A DNA stretch of 64,000 nt from Glycera tridactyla (taxonomy: Eukaryota): the NCBI GenBank assembly GCA_965644265.1, contig OZ286471.1:31062001-31126000 (forward strand), given 5' to 3'. Below, in pieces: positions 22,511 through 36,381 of this stretch. A program made the translations under genes and the position numbers. The notes under the pieces are model-generated. The model made no database searches. It saw only the letters and a list, made by a program, of their open reading frames with translations, and was not told the DNA's origin. Within the stretch, counting starts at the first letter, position 1. The number at the start of each line of letters is the position of its first letter.

Positions 22511-22939
22511 AGTCTGTCAAGTTCAATTGTAGCAGGTACGTTTTTTCGCCTTAGCATCGCAAATTCGCATTGGGTTGAAACAAAACATGCTGACAGACAT
22601 TGTTGACATCTCTAGAAATGTGATCTGGGTGTATTTCCCTTGTTACTTCACCATAGAGTGCCAAATATGTCGATATCACACTGGTTTCTCGGAAAGTGCG
22701 GCGGCCGTATCTCCACTGTTTCACATACAAATATCTGCCAATAATGACAGCAGGTTAGCTGAAAAAAATGCAATGAAACTATGGTGTATCCTCTTCAGAA
22801 GCCCGCAGACTACATAAAACCAGGTTCAATGATTGCCGGAAGATCTATACAATACATTCGTGCCATTAAAATTCAGATTGGATGAAAATGGCAATTTTAT
22901 CGCGTAAAACATACCCGTCACATTCGGATTTGACAGAGT
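22511..22939. mobile_element. Second copy of the 17843 MITE family, CpG-eroded
   Basis: Collinear over its full length, same AGTCTGTCAA terminus. Confidence 0.8.
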
Positions 22940-23128
22940 ATATATCACCCACATCATCCATCATTCTAGCAACCCTGTTGGTCCCACATGATTACCATAT
23001 TTCAACAGATATCAACAATATCACAGATAACTACAATCATTTCACATGATGAATATAAGAGTAAAAACATTAGCAACATGTACACTACTAAGAATTGCAA
23101 AAGCAAAAATTTTCATGCAAGAGTGATA

Positions 23129-23272
23129 CAGTGAAACCTGCGACGGATCACCTATGACATGAGACCACTTCCGCAGGAAAGAACTATTTTTTGACACTGT
23201 CAAATAGATCGCCTCCTCTGTGAGACCAAATTTGGTGACATTTAGGTTCATCTCTTGCCGCAGGTTTCACTG
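23129..23272. mobile_element. Tc1/pogo-type MITE
   Basis: TA|CAGTGAAACCTGCG...CGCAGGTTTCACTG|TA. Confidence 0.85.
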
Positions 23273-24390
23273 TACTAAAGATGATCTAATGCATCAATAA
23301 TGATATACAATAACTGATCGCGACTAGTGAATAAAACAAATGAGTCATAATGTAAGGTAATGTCAAGCACACAAGACAAATGGGCTCCATGGTGTTTTGA
23401 AACTGTAATTTCACTTTCATTGTCTTCCCTCCTTATCATTCTGGCTCTCCCACAGGAGATACTGATGCCAAATTCCCCTGACATTATCAATTGGATGACA
23501 CCAAAAACAGATGAAACAAGTCATGTAATATCTGGGATTTGATATACCTAAGCATAAGATAACTTTTCATGTCTTTTATTATTTCTTGATTTCTCACCTG
23601 TAATAGGTGACTACGATATGTGTTGAACAACGAAAAGGAAGGTCAATATTTCCATTGGTTTTCAAGATTACTTCTGTATCTAATTTACACTATGTGACAA
23701 TACGATCCAAAAATAGCGCACATTATCATAGCATAAATGTTCAGTAACCCACGGCAGTTCGTATCAAAACTATGTCCAACAGTATCTCACATTTTCCGTT
23801 TTCATGTTGAATCAAATATCTCAAAAAAACACATGGCCCTTATAATGTCGAGACCATCTTCTACAATAAGAAAATATTTTATTGATATGCTCGAACTTGT
23901 TACAATGATGGCAACAAAATATCCAACAAATAAATAATCAAGGGCAACATTTTTGGAATGCTTCATAGTGTTTGATAACATTTTTTGATCCACGCATAAA
24001 ATTACAAACACCAAACACAGCACAATATCATAGACTCCAGCACCAAGTGAGTATGAATAAATAAATCATGAGAAATGAGAAGAACTTTGATGCATGTGAT
24101 GATCAGTAAATTGGAACGAGCAACAATTTGTCAATTTTTCAGTCGAATGTTATCGAATGGATATTCAATCTATATTTGTGCATGAACTCTTCATACCCTC
24201 AATATGCTGAATATATTCATACTAAAATTCTGGTGCTGAGATTAGATCAAGGAAGTATAAGAATACATCTGATGGAAGAAAATATAAGAATATATCTGAG
24301 GGGAAGGAAGTAATAGACTACATCTGATGGATGCATGAGGGACAGTCATTATATCAGTTTCAAGGGCAAAAGGAGTGCATTTAGGAAATA

Positions 24391-24586
24391 CAGTCAAACC
24401 TCCTCTAAAGACCACCTCTCTAAAAAGGACCACCTCTCTATAAAGACCACTTCCCTATAAAGACCACCCTGAGCTGCAACGGTGGTAGTATTTTCAACAG
24501 TAAATGGCCTCTCTATAAAGACCACCTCCCTATAATGGCCACTTTTTGATGCGACCAAAGGTGGTCTTTCTAGAGAGGTTTGACTG
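24391..24586. mobile_element. Tc1/pogo-type MITE with ATAAAGACCACC subterminal repeats
   Basis: TA|CAGTCAAACCTC...GAGGTTTGACTG|TA; same family at 56055-56232, 42599-43010 (composite), 61748-61891, and partial inverted copies ending 30592 and 63746 or starting 38858. Confidence 0.9.
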
Positions 24587-25306
24587 TACATGTATGTGTA
24601 CTGTATCAAGTGGAACCTGCTGATAGTAAGCAACATATACTACTTGAAATTCGGCTTCTTGAGATAGTTGCTGGCTGGTTGCAGAAATATCCACAAATAT
24701 AGGTAGAAAAGTGTTCAGGACTACACAATTTCTCATTGCAGGTATTTTTTGCTAAAAGGCTGCCTTGTGGCAGGTTCCAATGTATATGAAGATTTACCCT
24801 CATTTCCTTTCAACAACTCTTCATATGCAGTCTGATGTTAATAATTCCCTGAATCATCTACACCTATCAAATGTGATGACTTTCTAAATGGCGTAACTTG
24901 CCTATCTTCACCCATCATCAGCTCACAAAGAAGACACAAAATATCAGGGTAGCATCCAGGATTCCAAAAATCGCGGGGCATCTCCCTCCTTAAATTCAAG
25001 AGAAAAGGGCATCACTTCACAAAATTTCAAAAATAGGTTCACTTGATATAAAAAGGGCAGCCTCCTTTCTGATTCAAGGGGCAGTGTGCCCCCTGATTGC
25101 CTGGAGAACGGCCCAATAGCTGATAACATGTCTATGATACCCCATGCCCCCCTCTGAATGTAACCCTGAAATACACATGTACGTAGTTAACATCACAGGA
25201 CTTGTGGAGGATAAGACATAACTGGTGCTGGACGGACAAATTACTCAATTGCGTGATAAAAGTCTTCTTCAACTAGCAGGCAGGAAACGTGTTGACTATC
25301 TGCGAC

Positions 25307-25351
25307 TCATGGTGCTTCCACAATCTGTAAGTTACGTGGAGTTTCTAAACC
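25307..25351 (-). CDS. FHAD1: Putative terminal coding exon of FHAD1 (GLETPRNLQIVEAP*)
   Basis: Acceptor acttttcag|GGT in phase 0, matching the preceding donor; TGA at 25309-25307. Confidence 0.5.
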   Translation of the reverse strand, partial: GLETPRNLQIVEAP

Positions 25352-25906
25352 CTGAAAAGTGACCAAAAAAATTCATTAGTACAGACAACCCACACACAAA
25401 AAAGGATAAGGTTTTGAGACTCTTGACCTATCCATCAAGAAATTTCTAAATTACAAGCAATCAAAATTTTAACGTAGTATCTTTATCGAAAGTGACTGGT
25501 TCCAACAAATCTTAACTAGAGAGATGATAATTTTTATTTGCATAACACTTACCCTTCTATAGACACCTTTATCTTATGGATAGTTTGAGCCATGAATTCA
25601 TTCCTGAAAGATAATGACTGCCATTTTAATTCGAGGCACATACGAACAATCACCTCTACCAATAAGAGAAACGGGTTTGGATTAACAGTCATTCTATCCA
25701 CCAATCAATTCTCACCAATACGAGAAAATTTACTAAAATCTATTTTTTTGGAATTTTGTAATAATGGGTAACAGAATATGAAAGCAGCCTAAAGCAACAT
25801 TTGGACAAATATTTCTTGCACCAAATCATGGCTAGGCAATGTTTCGATAGAATTGTACATTGTTTGTGTCATACTCATGCACAGGTACACATACACACAC
25901 ACACAT

Positions 25907-25939
<33 letters not shown>

Positions 25940-25968
25940 ATAGTTCTTTATGAAATTTCATCACTCAC

Positions 25969-26109
25969 AATGTTTGATTCCAATGCCATGAGCCTTCGTC
26001 TGGTGTCTGACAAAGACCGGTCTTTGGTTGCCAACTCTCCCTTCAACACCCGTAACTCATAGTTTTTTCGGCGCATTTTTTCTGTTGTGGCTTTCTTCTT
26101 TGCTGCAGA
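25969..26109 (-). CDS. FHAD1: FHAD1 exon (SAAKKKATTEKMRRKNYELRVLK...LESNI)
   Basis: cttacag| ... |gtgagt, phase 0-0, coiled coil. Confidence 0.8.
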
Positions 26110-26349
26110 CTGTAAGAAAAACAAGAGTGCGAATGTCAGTGAAACATGTAATACAAGATAATCTGAAAACGTTTCCACTCTTTTCAATGAGAAGAAAATG
26201 AGTCAATAACCACAGTGCATATCTGGCTATACCAGATTATAAAAATCGACTTTGTAAGCAGATCTTTCAAATTAAGTATTCCATATGAGATTGAATAAGA
26301 ATTTCAGGTTCAACACTTTTTATACAGATGACAAGGATTGATTCGAATA

Positions 26350-26522
26350 CAGTGATACCTGCGACAAGAGACCCCTGGACGAGAGAACACCTCCGATGGG
26401 AGACCACTTTTCTAGCGCAGCTTTTCTATCTGACAGTCAAATATACCTCTGATGAGAGACCACCTCTTGAGAGACCGCTTTTTGGTGTCATTCAGGGCGG
26501 TCTCTCATCACAGGTTTCACTG
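26350..26522. mobile_element. Tc1/pogo-type MITE (GAGAGACC repeats)
   Basis: TA|CAGTGATACCTG...CAGGTTTCACTG|TA; relatives at 40280-40457 and 44077-44250. Confidence 0.85.
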
Positions 26523-26683
26523 TACAATCGTGAAATGCATTTTGGGTCCCTTGATTTTGTATTGCAGTTTGCTCCAATACCTACGTATCAACTGCATGCA
26601 GTTTTCTTCGTTTGTCTGCATATAAGCCAATGCACAATCAGTACCGACATATTCTCCATAGCACATTCATCACTATTACTCAC

Positions 26684-26770
26684 CTTCCCTAAAACATCTT
26701 CAAACTCGCAATGTGGTTTCTTCGCAGACAGTGGTCGATCCGAAGCTCTCTCATTCTCAAGATGGAATGT
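26684..26770 (-). CDS. FHAD1: FHAD1 exon (TFHLENERASDRPLSAKKPHCEFEDVLGK)
   Basis: ttttttcag| ... |gtgagt, phase 0-0. Confidence 0.75.
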
Positions 26771-27304
26771 CTGAAAAAACCCGCAATGAAGCCAATTGTA
26801 GCAACAAACAAGGTGTAAGCATATGTCCGGGGTGGCGGGAAGCACACCGCCATACAGCATGACATCAGGCAAGAGATTGAATTCTCACATCAGCGGTGAA
26901 ACCTAGGTAATGAGTTTTCACCTAGCAATGTATAACTTGGTCTCGCAGTGGCACCATAACAAGTCTAACAAGGAAACAATAAATCAATGACATCATAGTG
27001 GCATGCTGCGATGGTGAGAGCAAGTACAAATCTTTCCATAACTATTCTTCGATAGAAACATCATACTCTGAGCAATCAATGTCACAGAGAGGGAGGGTTT
27101 TTCCATAAAATTAATCATTCATTTCCAGGATCGCATGGCATGATTTGAGAAATGTATTGATCCGTCTGTCTCTCTCTGTCGCTCTTGGTCTGTCTGTCTG
27201 TCTGTCTCTGTCTCTCCATCTGTCTGTCTCTTCGCCTGTCTCTCTGTCTGTCACTCCATCTCCGTCCCACACTCCCCTCCCCTCCTCTCCCTCCCTGAAA
27301 TTAC

Positions 27305-27418
27305 CTTTCTTTGTTTGATGGCAGAATTTAATCTTCGCTCCTGTTCCAAATGGTCACGTGTTCTATGTAATGATTCCCGAAGATATTGTGCCTCTTCTGC
27401 ACGGCTGCGAACATCAGA
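27305..27418 (-). CDS. FHAD1: FHAD1 exon (SDVRSRAEEAQYLRESLHRTRDHLEQERRLNSAIKQRK)
   Basis: Resembles the vertebrate FHAD1 segment [33 protein letters not shown] (recalled from memory); ttttttgcag| ... |gtaatt. Confidence 0.88.
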
Positions 27419-27824
27419 CTGCAAAAAAAGAACATCAATACTAATAATGATAATTCTCAAGAGCTAGTTCATCAAGTATTAGTTATTTGTACAGAAGCCT
27501 AGAGAATCCATTCATGACCATTTTACATCCAGCAAACTTGAAATCCAAGATGGCCACCTTGACAATGATGGGTGTCATGCCATTCTTTAGATTCATCTAT
27601 ATTCCATTATTCAAAATGAGTCTCACAACTTCTTCAGTCTTTGTCTCCCCACACACACACATGCATGCATACACAGAAACACACACACACACACCCACAC
27701 ATACACCCACACACTATGATGCAAACACATGGACACATGGCTAGTATCCACCCAACAGGAAGCAAGGGCAAAAAGAAGATCCCTTTTTCACATTATCACT
27801 GACATAGCATGAAAATACACTTAC

Positions 27825-27876
27825 AGAAAGACTGGTGACCTGGGTATCACGTTGCTCAGCCAACTTCTCCGCTTGT
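27825..27876 (-). CDS. FHAD1: FHAD1 exon (QAEKLAEQRDTQVTSLS)
   Basis: tttatttcag| ... |gtaagt; phase 2-0 fits both neighbours. Confidence 0.8.
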
Positions 27877-28880
27877 CTGAAATAAAGAGAACAGACCTCA
27901 GTAAAGAATCTATCTACTGCCAGACAGATATTGTGAAGCTACCCTATGTTAATGGGAAGAGTAGTTTCTCCAGACCGGCCAATTTTCTCAATCAATTTCT
28001 TCACTCATGATTAGGGCTGGGATGAAACAAAACATTTCTAGAAACACACCTCGCGAAATGAATGACAAAACGAAATGCCATGCAACCCTCCTTCGGGAGT
28101 CTGACGTGGTCCCCCCCAATTCGATGACATGAGCAAGCCACCGGTATTTGGTGGCCTTGAAATATGGCCATCTACTATCAAATATGTAGACATTTCTACT
28201 AAAAAGTTCATCAAATCTTCATCATTTGGGCTATCCACCACGTTTTTTTTTAAAACAAGGTCTATTTTCTGTATTTATCAGCATCTGTGCGTACTCATCA
28301 GCAATGTTTCTTTGTATTTCAAAACACTCCTCCTAGTTTTGAAACAATTGTGGTTTTTTTTGCAAACAACCGATATTATCGAAATTTTGGTGAATCGTCC
28401 CACTCTTACTCATGATATGAGTGCATTTCCCAAGACGATAGAGGAATGATGGTTCCTATGAAAGCTTCTCTCTTTCACAAGCTGCTCCATGGAGCGATAT
28501 GTCCTGCCTGCAAGAGCTAAAGCAGGTAGGACAAAAACTGACTGGAATCTAAATTGGGATCTTGATCATGTTGATGATGAGAATGATGACAACAACAGAA
28601 TATGGCATACCTATGTCAAACCTGTTTGTGGCCGCTACTAGCAGTGTTTTCTTATAAGATTGGTCAAATATGATGGCCGCTGACCGCAGTCAGGGGTTGG
28701 CTGCTACACAGAGGTGATTTATAGTGAAACTTCGACGGTCGAGGTAAAGAGTGGCTGCTGTCGGCGAGTGGCCCCTATACACAGGTGGTCGCTCATGCAG
28801 GTTTGACTGTATAGTTGATATAGGACAATGAAGGAGAATTTCTATGTGACAAGTACATCAAATGTAAATTAATGCAGTAC

Positions 28881-29101
28881 CTTAATTTGGCTAGGTCCTT
28901 CTCGTAGCCTTGTAAAAGTTCATCTTTTCGTTCGATACGTTCCTTGAGAACTTTGATCCTACTGGAGATGACCTCACAGATGTGCTCTCGTTCTATTGCT
29001 AAGCGACCCCGCTCATCACGTGGTATGTGGGCCATCGTTCGTAATCCAGCAACTGTATCCAGCTCAAGAGCAGCCGAGGAGTTCCTCAATAAGGTGATAT
29101 A
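28881..29101 (-). CDS. FHAD1: FHAD1 exon (YITLLRNSS...RIKVLKERIERKDELLQGYEKDLAKL)
   Basis: Matches the recalled FHAD1 motif KEELLRGYEKDVEQLR; phase 0-2. Confidence 0.88.
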
Positions 29102-29690
29102 CTGAAATTAGAACAACAATGATCCTTCTATATACAACGTTCTTGATATACAAAATATTTGTGGCTGATATTCTGCGTCACCGACCTTCTGGTTGGCAGA
29201 ATGGATGGCAGAAGAATTGATAGATTGAATGAATAAGTAGAAGATTTATTCAAAGATAGTGACAGATGAACAAACGGACATACAGATGGACAAATTGACA
29301 GATAGATGGACACAGGCAAAACAATAAGATAATATACATTATACTGGGGATTTATCCATGATCAGTGCAATAAAATCAAAATTACATTCAACCAGAGAAA
29401 TAGAAAATAAATTATAGGATGAACTTTCTCATGGAGAATACAAGAAAATACTCATTTCCTTCACTAAACCTTTGATGATGAACAATATTTCTTATAATCT
29501 ACATTCATATAATTCATATTGGCCTAACTTTGGTATCTCCATTTTGAACTATAAACAATTGTGCACATATATTTCAGAGGAAAGATGAAAAGTGGGAAGT
29601 TGAAGATTTCATTTTTATTATCAGGAGATACTATTGTTGTCATGTATACATGTATTGCCAACCCAACCCTAGAATAAATGAGAGACCTAC

Positions 29691-29861
29691 AGAGTTCTCG
29701 CTGAGTTCGAGTGCCTCAATTGTTTCTCGATGAGCACTTCGTTCCATCTCCGCACTGGCAGTATCTTGAGGCGAGGGTTGGCCGCGTGCCTTGCTGACCT
29801 GATTCTTGAGAGTCAACGTCTCCACAAAACCGCTGTCTCCGGATGACATTGCCTGGTTGGC
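29691..29861 (-). CDS. FHAD1: FHAD1 exon (ANQAMSSGD...HRETIEALELSENS)
   Basis: gtgtag| ... |gtaggt, phase 0-0; ALELSE resembles FHAD1 ALDLSE. Confidence 0.82.
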
Positions 29862-30639
29862 CTACACATACAAAAACAAACCATTTCTTCACAGAAATTT
29901 TCCAACAAACAATGAGCATGACAATGCGAAACGATTACCATCAATCCAACTTTGTTCATGATCTCAAGTTTTCTCCCAGATTTCTCATGCAAAATTACAT
30001 TGAGAATCAACCTACATGGGCACCAAGAGAAGTGGTCACTATGAATACTGCCTCCTTTCATGGATGACGCGATTGCAATTGAGAATTATCTCAATCGTTG
30101 ATACCATTGCAAGCTTCTTTCCCATAAATCTATTATCATTCCTTCAACATCAAGCACCTGTCTTCAGAAGCCAGATTTTGAGTTGCTTGCTAATTGCACA
30201 CCAAGTTTTCTCCAGTCAATGAACACATGGCAAACAGGTATAGATTGATATATCAACTGAAAACTGGAACACTCTATCAATGGACAAGCATTTGCATAAC
30301 TCCACTTCCAGAACACAGCACTCGACAGTGTCTATGCCACTCACTTTGAGAATGAAACTATGTTTCATGATACACCCATTGCATGAAAATTTCACAGAAG
30401 GACAATGCCTACAGACTTCTACACCAGAGTATGTGCCAAACAAAAACTATTCTTTGCTGTAAGAGTTGCATAAAAAAGTGGCCTTTAAAGGGAGGTGGTC
30501 TTTATAGAGGTCATTTACTGTTGGAAATACTACCACAGTCGCAGCTCAGGGTGGTCTTTATAGAGAGGTGGTATTCAGAGGAGGTTCAACTGTATCTAAA
30601 ACATCACTGATTGTCAAAGATAGCAGCCAATTCACTTAC

Positions 30640-30704
30640 CTTCATTTCTGATAATTCTTTCTTCAGTAGGATGACCTGCTGCAGAGCTTGATCATGAGAT
30701 GGTG
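30640..30704 (-). CDS. FHAD1: FHAD1 exon (PSHDQALQQVILLKKELSEMK)
   Basis: ttgtttttag| ... |gtaagt, phase 1-0. Confidence 0.82.
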
Positions 30705-31129
30705 CTAAAAACAAGAGAAGGAGGTAATCAGTATACTGTGTCAAATTCAATTTGATGTTAAAATTTTTTCTGGATTGTTTAGGTCTGCAAATAGTCTACA
30801 TGCTTGAAAAGAGGATGCACCCTCATTTCACCATATTCATACAGCAAATCCACCAATATTATTGGCAGTTCCTGCTGTAGGAAACAATTGGCATACAGTC
30901 ACCACCCATGCTCTGAAAGCAAGATTGAATTCGGTACTTTCAGTGTGCTGGCTTGAAATATACAAGGGGATTTTGCCGAGATTACACTTCCAGTTACAAA
31001 GATGTCAACAAAGCCTGTTAGTCAGTTACATCTCAATCCGATGACAATTCCTGATGCTCTGAGGTGACAAAAATACCAATCACGATTGCACTTTTCTATC
31101 AAGTTTACACTTATTCTTAGAGAGGTTGA

Positions 31130-31330
31130 GTATTCAATTTTGGATCCACTGGCTGTCTTCGAGGAGCTGTAGATGGAGTTGGACAGGGGTCAAGATTCCT
31201 TCTATCTTGGCTGGGCCGCCAGGTCTCCCTTCTTCAGGGGTTCTGAAATTCAAAGTGCCCGAAACCCAACCTGGTATTTCACTGATGACTTGTCCAACTT
31301 TGCCTTGGCTGTTCATGGTCCTGCTGGCAT
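31130..31330 (-). mobile_element. Degenerate LINE ORF2 C-terminal fragment (RTE-like); relative at ~43480-43650
   Basis: EIPGWVSGTLNFRTPEEGRPGGPAK, shared with the 43.5-kb copy (PEEGRLGSPTK); loosely like the RTE W.P..GRR..GRP tail. Confidence 0.4.
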
Positions 31331-34300
31331 TGTCATTGTACCGGAATGAGTGTGGTATCATCTTTTTCACTTATGAGATGATTGACAGGTTTCCGCTTGG
31401 CATACCTGCCTGTGTGCACTTACAGAAACTTGGGTGGAACAAGCAGTGAGCACTGAAATTTCAAATTGATATCGGCAACAAACTGAATGAATACATCCTG
31501 CCCAACTTTTATTTTACCTTTTCATTTGTCTTCAAGAAGATACATTGAGCTGACACAATCAGCAGAACTATGTCATGAATCATATTTGTTGGTGGTTCTA
31601 TATGATACCGGGCTCTAGATAACCTTTTTCTTCAGCTGCCTTTTCAGGCAGGTATAATGGTATGTTCACCTGCCCTCTGTCATTTATACCTGCCCTTATA
31701 TATGCATATGCTCATATAGAGTGCTAAAATCACCTGCTCTAACAACAAATCTGTCTGCTTGTGAGAGTAGGGCAGGCATTGTGTAGAGCCCTGTGAGCGG
31801 GCATAAAATGTGTGAACGAAAATTTGAAAAGTGATCACTAGGGCATTTTTTACCCTGAACAAGAAAAAATGACATAAACACCTCCACTCCCCCTCTCCCA
31901 CACATGTACATGCAAGGACAAACATGCACCCTGACATACATGCATATGAAACACATACACACACAAACACATACATGCATGCATACATACACTTGGGTAG
32001 TTTAATTCCCCCAGGAATACCACTCAATACCAGAAATGTAAAATCAATATGGTATGTTAAGCTACTGAATAGAATGGCCATGGAAGAAGAGGGGAGTGTG
32101 TGAAATGAGGTTGTTTGGGTGTATTAGGAAGATTATCAAGGAATGGGGGTAAGAAGGATCAATCACTCATGAATTCTCATCATTTTAGACATACAGGATT
32201 GAGGGCCTAATTCCTGGTGAGAAAAGTCGGCGCATATCTCAAGTCCAACAGTTGTGTATACTGTACATTCCGAACAGTCAAGGCAAACTGAAGTCAGGAG
32301 ATTCACAAAGTTGGTCAGTATAGTAAAGTTTCTTGTTATAATTCTTGTGATTCTTAATAAGCTAATTCTGATTAGTCTTGTCAATCGGGAAAAAGAGACA
32401 ATAATAATGTAACTTTTCATAAAATGAACAGAGATAACATTCAGATTTCAAGATACATGGAAGGGATTGAATAATATAAGCTATCAAGGGCTCAACAAAA
32501 CAAAATAGATCTAACTTAATATGCATAAAACATAATAGTTGCTCTGAATAAGTGAAATATCGATTTTAATAATAATGATAATGATCTTTGAAAACAGATG
32601 TACTCTGCCAGCAAATTTCAATTGCTTTCAAATATAATAAAACTTTATTCTGAGTGTATGCATTTGTTAACTGAACAAGAGAGCCTGAACCCTTACTGTA
32701 TTCAATACCACATTGCAATACATGAATTCAGTCACTGCCCTGAAAGGACATTGTATTGTAGCATAAAACATATGCTGTTATGGGAAAGCCATCGTCCCTG
32801 GGATATTACAAATCCATTCAAAATTCCAATGAGCCACAGATACATAGAATTCCTTGCAGACGAGTCAATGGCTTATATCTGATCACACCTAGACCTTTGA
32901 TGGTCGCAAAAACGGCTCCTACATCTGCTTCTCGTATTACCCTTTGTATTTCTATTTTTCTGATGTATGCTACCTTCTGCAAATTGAAATAAAATGTTTG
33001 TCATTCCGACACTCTGCCAACAAATGAAACAAAAAAATGGGACTTCTCGATCAAAATGGATCAACTCAATAAACTGTTTTCCTGCACCATATACCCGAGA
33101 ATTTCCAGATAAAAACAGGAGCAAACAAAGATAAAAACGGACAACAGAGACAGAAATAACATCAAAAATAATTGAATGTGTGAGTTTTCAATTATACAAA
33201 ATGGGGTATGTCCTGATTTTTTTAATTTCCACATCAATCTTAGGAGGACATACCTTTCTCACCAATGGCATCAAAATAACCTAGATCTAGCAAAATTAAT
33301 AGAAGAAAATTACAATATAGAATACTGTGCATATATACCTTTACCTGCGCATTTCTGCCTTATGTTTCATGCAATGTACGCTCTTTCTATGATTTTTCTT
33401 AATGTTATGGCATGTTTTCTATGCATCATTTGATGGCCAGATTTGGGGACCAAGATTTCAGAAGCTTGGACATTTAGCAACTATTACAATAAAAAGAACA
33501 AGATATCACTCGGTAATCATAAGATGTCTATTATTGTCCAAACTCTGGCAATGTCAAATGGGCCCAAGTTCTTATTTTGAAGTGGCTTTCATAGGAGCAT
33601 GCTGCCTTGAGAAGGATTTACCATTATCAGCCAAGATGTGGCAGGATATAAAACTAAAAATTATTATATAGAATGAAACTATGTTTCACAATATACCATC
33701 AAAGTGTACAAATTGCATTCTCAGCAATTGTCAGATTTTTTTGTTCGATTTGATCCTGGATCTCCAGTATGGCACTAACGACCTACCCTGTGAAGGAGAA
33801 AGCGGTCTTATATGCTGAGCTATGCAGAATGCTTCAACAAAGCAGCTACACACCCCCACCAGGAGCACACTCCACCCTTAGACAGACACCAAGAGATCCA
33901 GTTGACCATCGGGTCATACACATGTTCAAGCCATTCGTGAAATTTTCACGCAATGGGAGATGGTTAGAATGAAACTATATTTCACAATACATAATCGCAA
34001 TGTACAAATTGCATTCCCAGAAATCATCTAATTTCTTGTAGTTTTGAATCTGGAGCTCCAGTATGGTACCAACTACCTAGCCTGTGAAGGAGCAAGCTGT
34101 CTTATGTGCTGAGCTACACAGACTGCCTTCAAAATAAAGCTGAATAACCTGGCCTGGATGTTTGTCAATATGACCTCCATCTTGTTCAGTGTCGAAAAAA
34201 AATAGTGCAATATTACGAAGCATGTAATGTGTGGTACGCGTACACATATATCACAAAACAAGTAAAGCAGTCTCATGCATCATGCAAAGTTTCACATGAA

Positions 34301-35124
34301 TAGCTCAATTTCCGCTACGCATTAGAAAATAAGGATATTTGAAGGAATACAGTAGTGATGCCTGAAGCCACAAACACACCAGTCTTTTCTTTGTCATCGG
34401 AATTTGGATCAGAATTCCGGCAGCCATCGGGAAAAATCCCACCCATATGTTTGAACCAACCCAGAAGACACCTGTTCAAATCCGACTCAAAAGCCAAATC
34501 TGCCTCCAAATCACTCTAATTGTGAACAACTTGGACTCATATTGACAGGCGATAATTTGTCATACAAGGATGTCAGATATGAGATTAGACTGAAAAAAAT
34601 GAATAAGTTTGTTCACTCATCAGACTAGTTTGTTCACTCATCAGACTACCGGTACTGGTGAGTATCATAATTCTAATCTGAAATCTGGCAGCGAAAAAAG
34701 GAATAGTGTATTCGCCGCTTTGTACTGTTGTATTTCATATGATGGAAAAACTCGGAATTATGTCACCAATTAATCCATGGAGGACAATAATTGGATTGCT
34801 GTTTGGTTGTTTTCTTATCAGATTAGTACAATCCGAGCTATATTGAGATGTCCATGTGATGAGCACAGGAAGGATCATTCATGATTCCTATTCCTGGGTC
34901 CCCGATGGAAGGTGAAATGATATGAAAGTCAACGGCGTTTGAGGTATCATTCCAGGATAAGAAAGATTGCTGCACCTGCACCTGATCCAATACACCACAG
35001 TCATATATATCATTGGAGTCACCAATTCGTCGACTGATATTTTATGAAACATAGTTTGCGTTTTGCACGAATTTGAACCAATGCTGTGATACATCTATGA
35101 ATTTACTTCTTGTACATTAAAATA

Positions 35125-35297
35125 CAGTAAAACCTGCGATAGTGTTATCCTGTTCACAGTGAAATCCAGTCTACAGTGAAAGAAAAATCTGGCCCAAACG
35201 TTTTTTTCACTATAATTGACCTGTATATAGTGAAATCCTGTCTACAGTGAAAAGATAAATCTGGCCCGTGACTTTTCACTATAGACAGGTTTTACTG
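35125..35297. mobile_element. MITE sharing its terminus with the pogo element at 9151-9240
   Basis: TA|CAGTAAAACCTG...TGGCCCGTGACTTTTCACTATAGACAGGTTTTACTG|TA. Confidence 0.88.
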
Positions 35298-36381
35298 TAC
35301 ATCATAGTGGTGTACATCCCAAAAGCCCTGGAATTGTATTATTGTGCACTAATTTATTAAAGTTTGTGTAGAAATGAATGCATCTAAGTTAGATGGTGAT
35401 ACTGATTTATTTAAAACAGTGCTTCAGAATGTGCTTTTCTGCTCCGTACCCCCCCCCCCCCTTTCTAAGTTGCAAGAAAATAGCATAAATAAAGCCATCA
35501 AATGTGAATGTGAAATTGACATGCTTGAATGCTGAACCTGTAAAGGAAGAACTTACTCAAGGGATTCCCGGATCCTCCTATATAAATGGAAAGTCACTTA
35601 CGTTTTGAAATTACAACAAATCAAATTGTTCACTGATAAGTTTCAATGACATGAGAACGATGCTACAAATGAGGATCTAAGTAAAAATTCACACAGAACT
35701 ACTGAGTCAAAGTCCAAGCACTAATGTGGGTGATGTCTCCACTGAGGTCTATCTGACTATATTGACTCCAATAACTTCCCTGTTAAAGTGGTCTCCTGTG
35801 GGAGATTGGTTTTTCACCATGGGAGGTGAATTTCACTCTAATCATCAAATAATGGTATTCAAAACTTGACATCACTTCTCGTAGTAGAAGTTAAACGTTA
35901 TTCACAGCGTAATTTTAGGAAGCGGAGCTTTCAGACATATCTATCCGGCGTCTTTTCTCAACTAAGACAACTGCGGTTGTGCGTCTTCACATGACTCTGT
36001 TGTTGGGAAAGTCACGTGACGTCGTGAAGATGGATAGTAAACTGAATAGGTTTGTTCACTCGTCAGACTTCTGATGAGTATCAGAATTCTAATCCAGATT
36101 CTGATGTCTATCTATTCTAACTCTTCTTTTTGACATCACTTTTCGACATCACTTGTTAGCCTCATGTCAATTCTTATCTTACCAATCAAGTCCCTCTATA
36201 ACCATATGACTAAATATGTATGTACACAAATTTGTTGCACATATTGAATACAGACCAATAAAAGGCAACTCATATAGTTCATAGACTGGGAACTATCCCC
36301 TAAACAGCTGCTAGGGTAGGCAATAAAAACCCAATAAAAGGAGGGTAGCAAACAAGACAAAAGAACAAGATAGAGACAAAC

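Noticed and set aside
34605-34660. 21-nt tandem with minus-strand CTGATGAG; related CTGATGAG hairpin at ~36058-36079
   Set aside because: No GAAA and no stem I; part of an interspersed repeat.
36011-36023. GTCACGTGAC E-box/CLEAR palindrome with overlapping TGACGTC
   Set aside because: A single motif inside repeat-like intronic DNA, with no promoter context.
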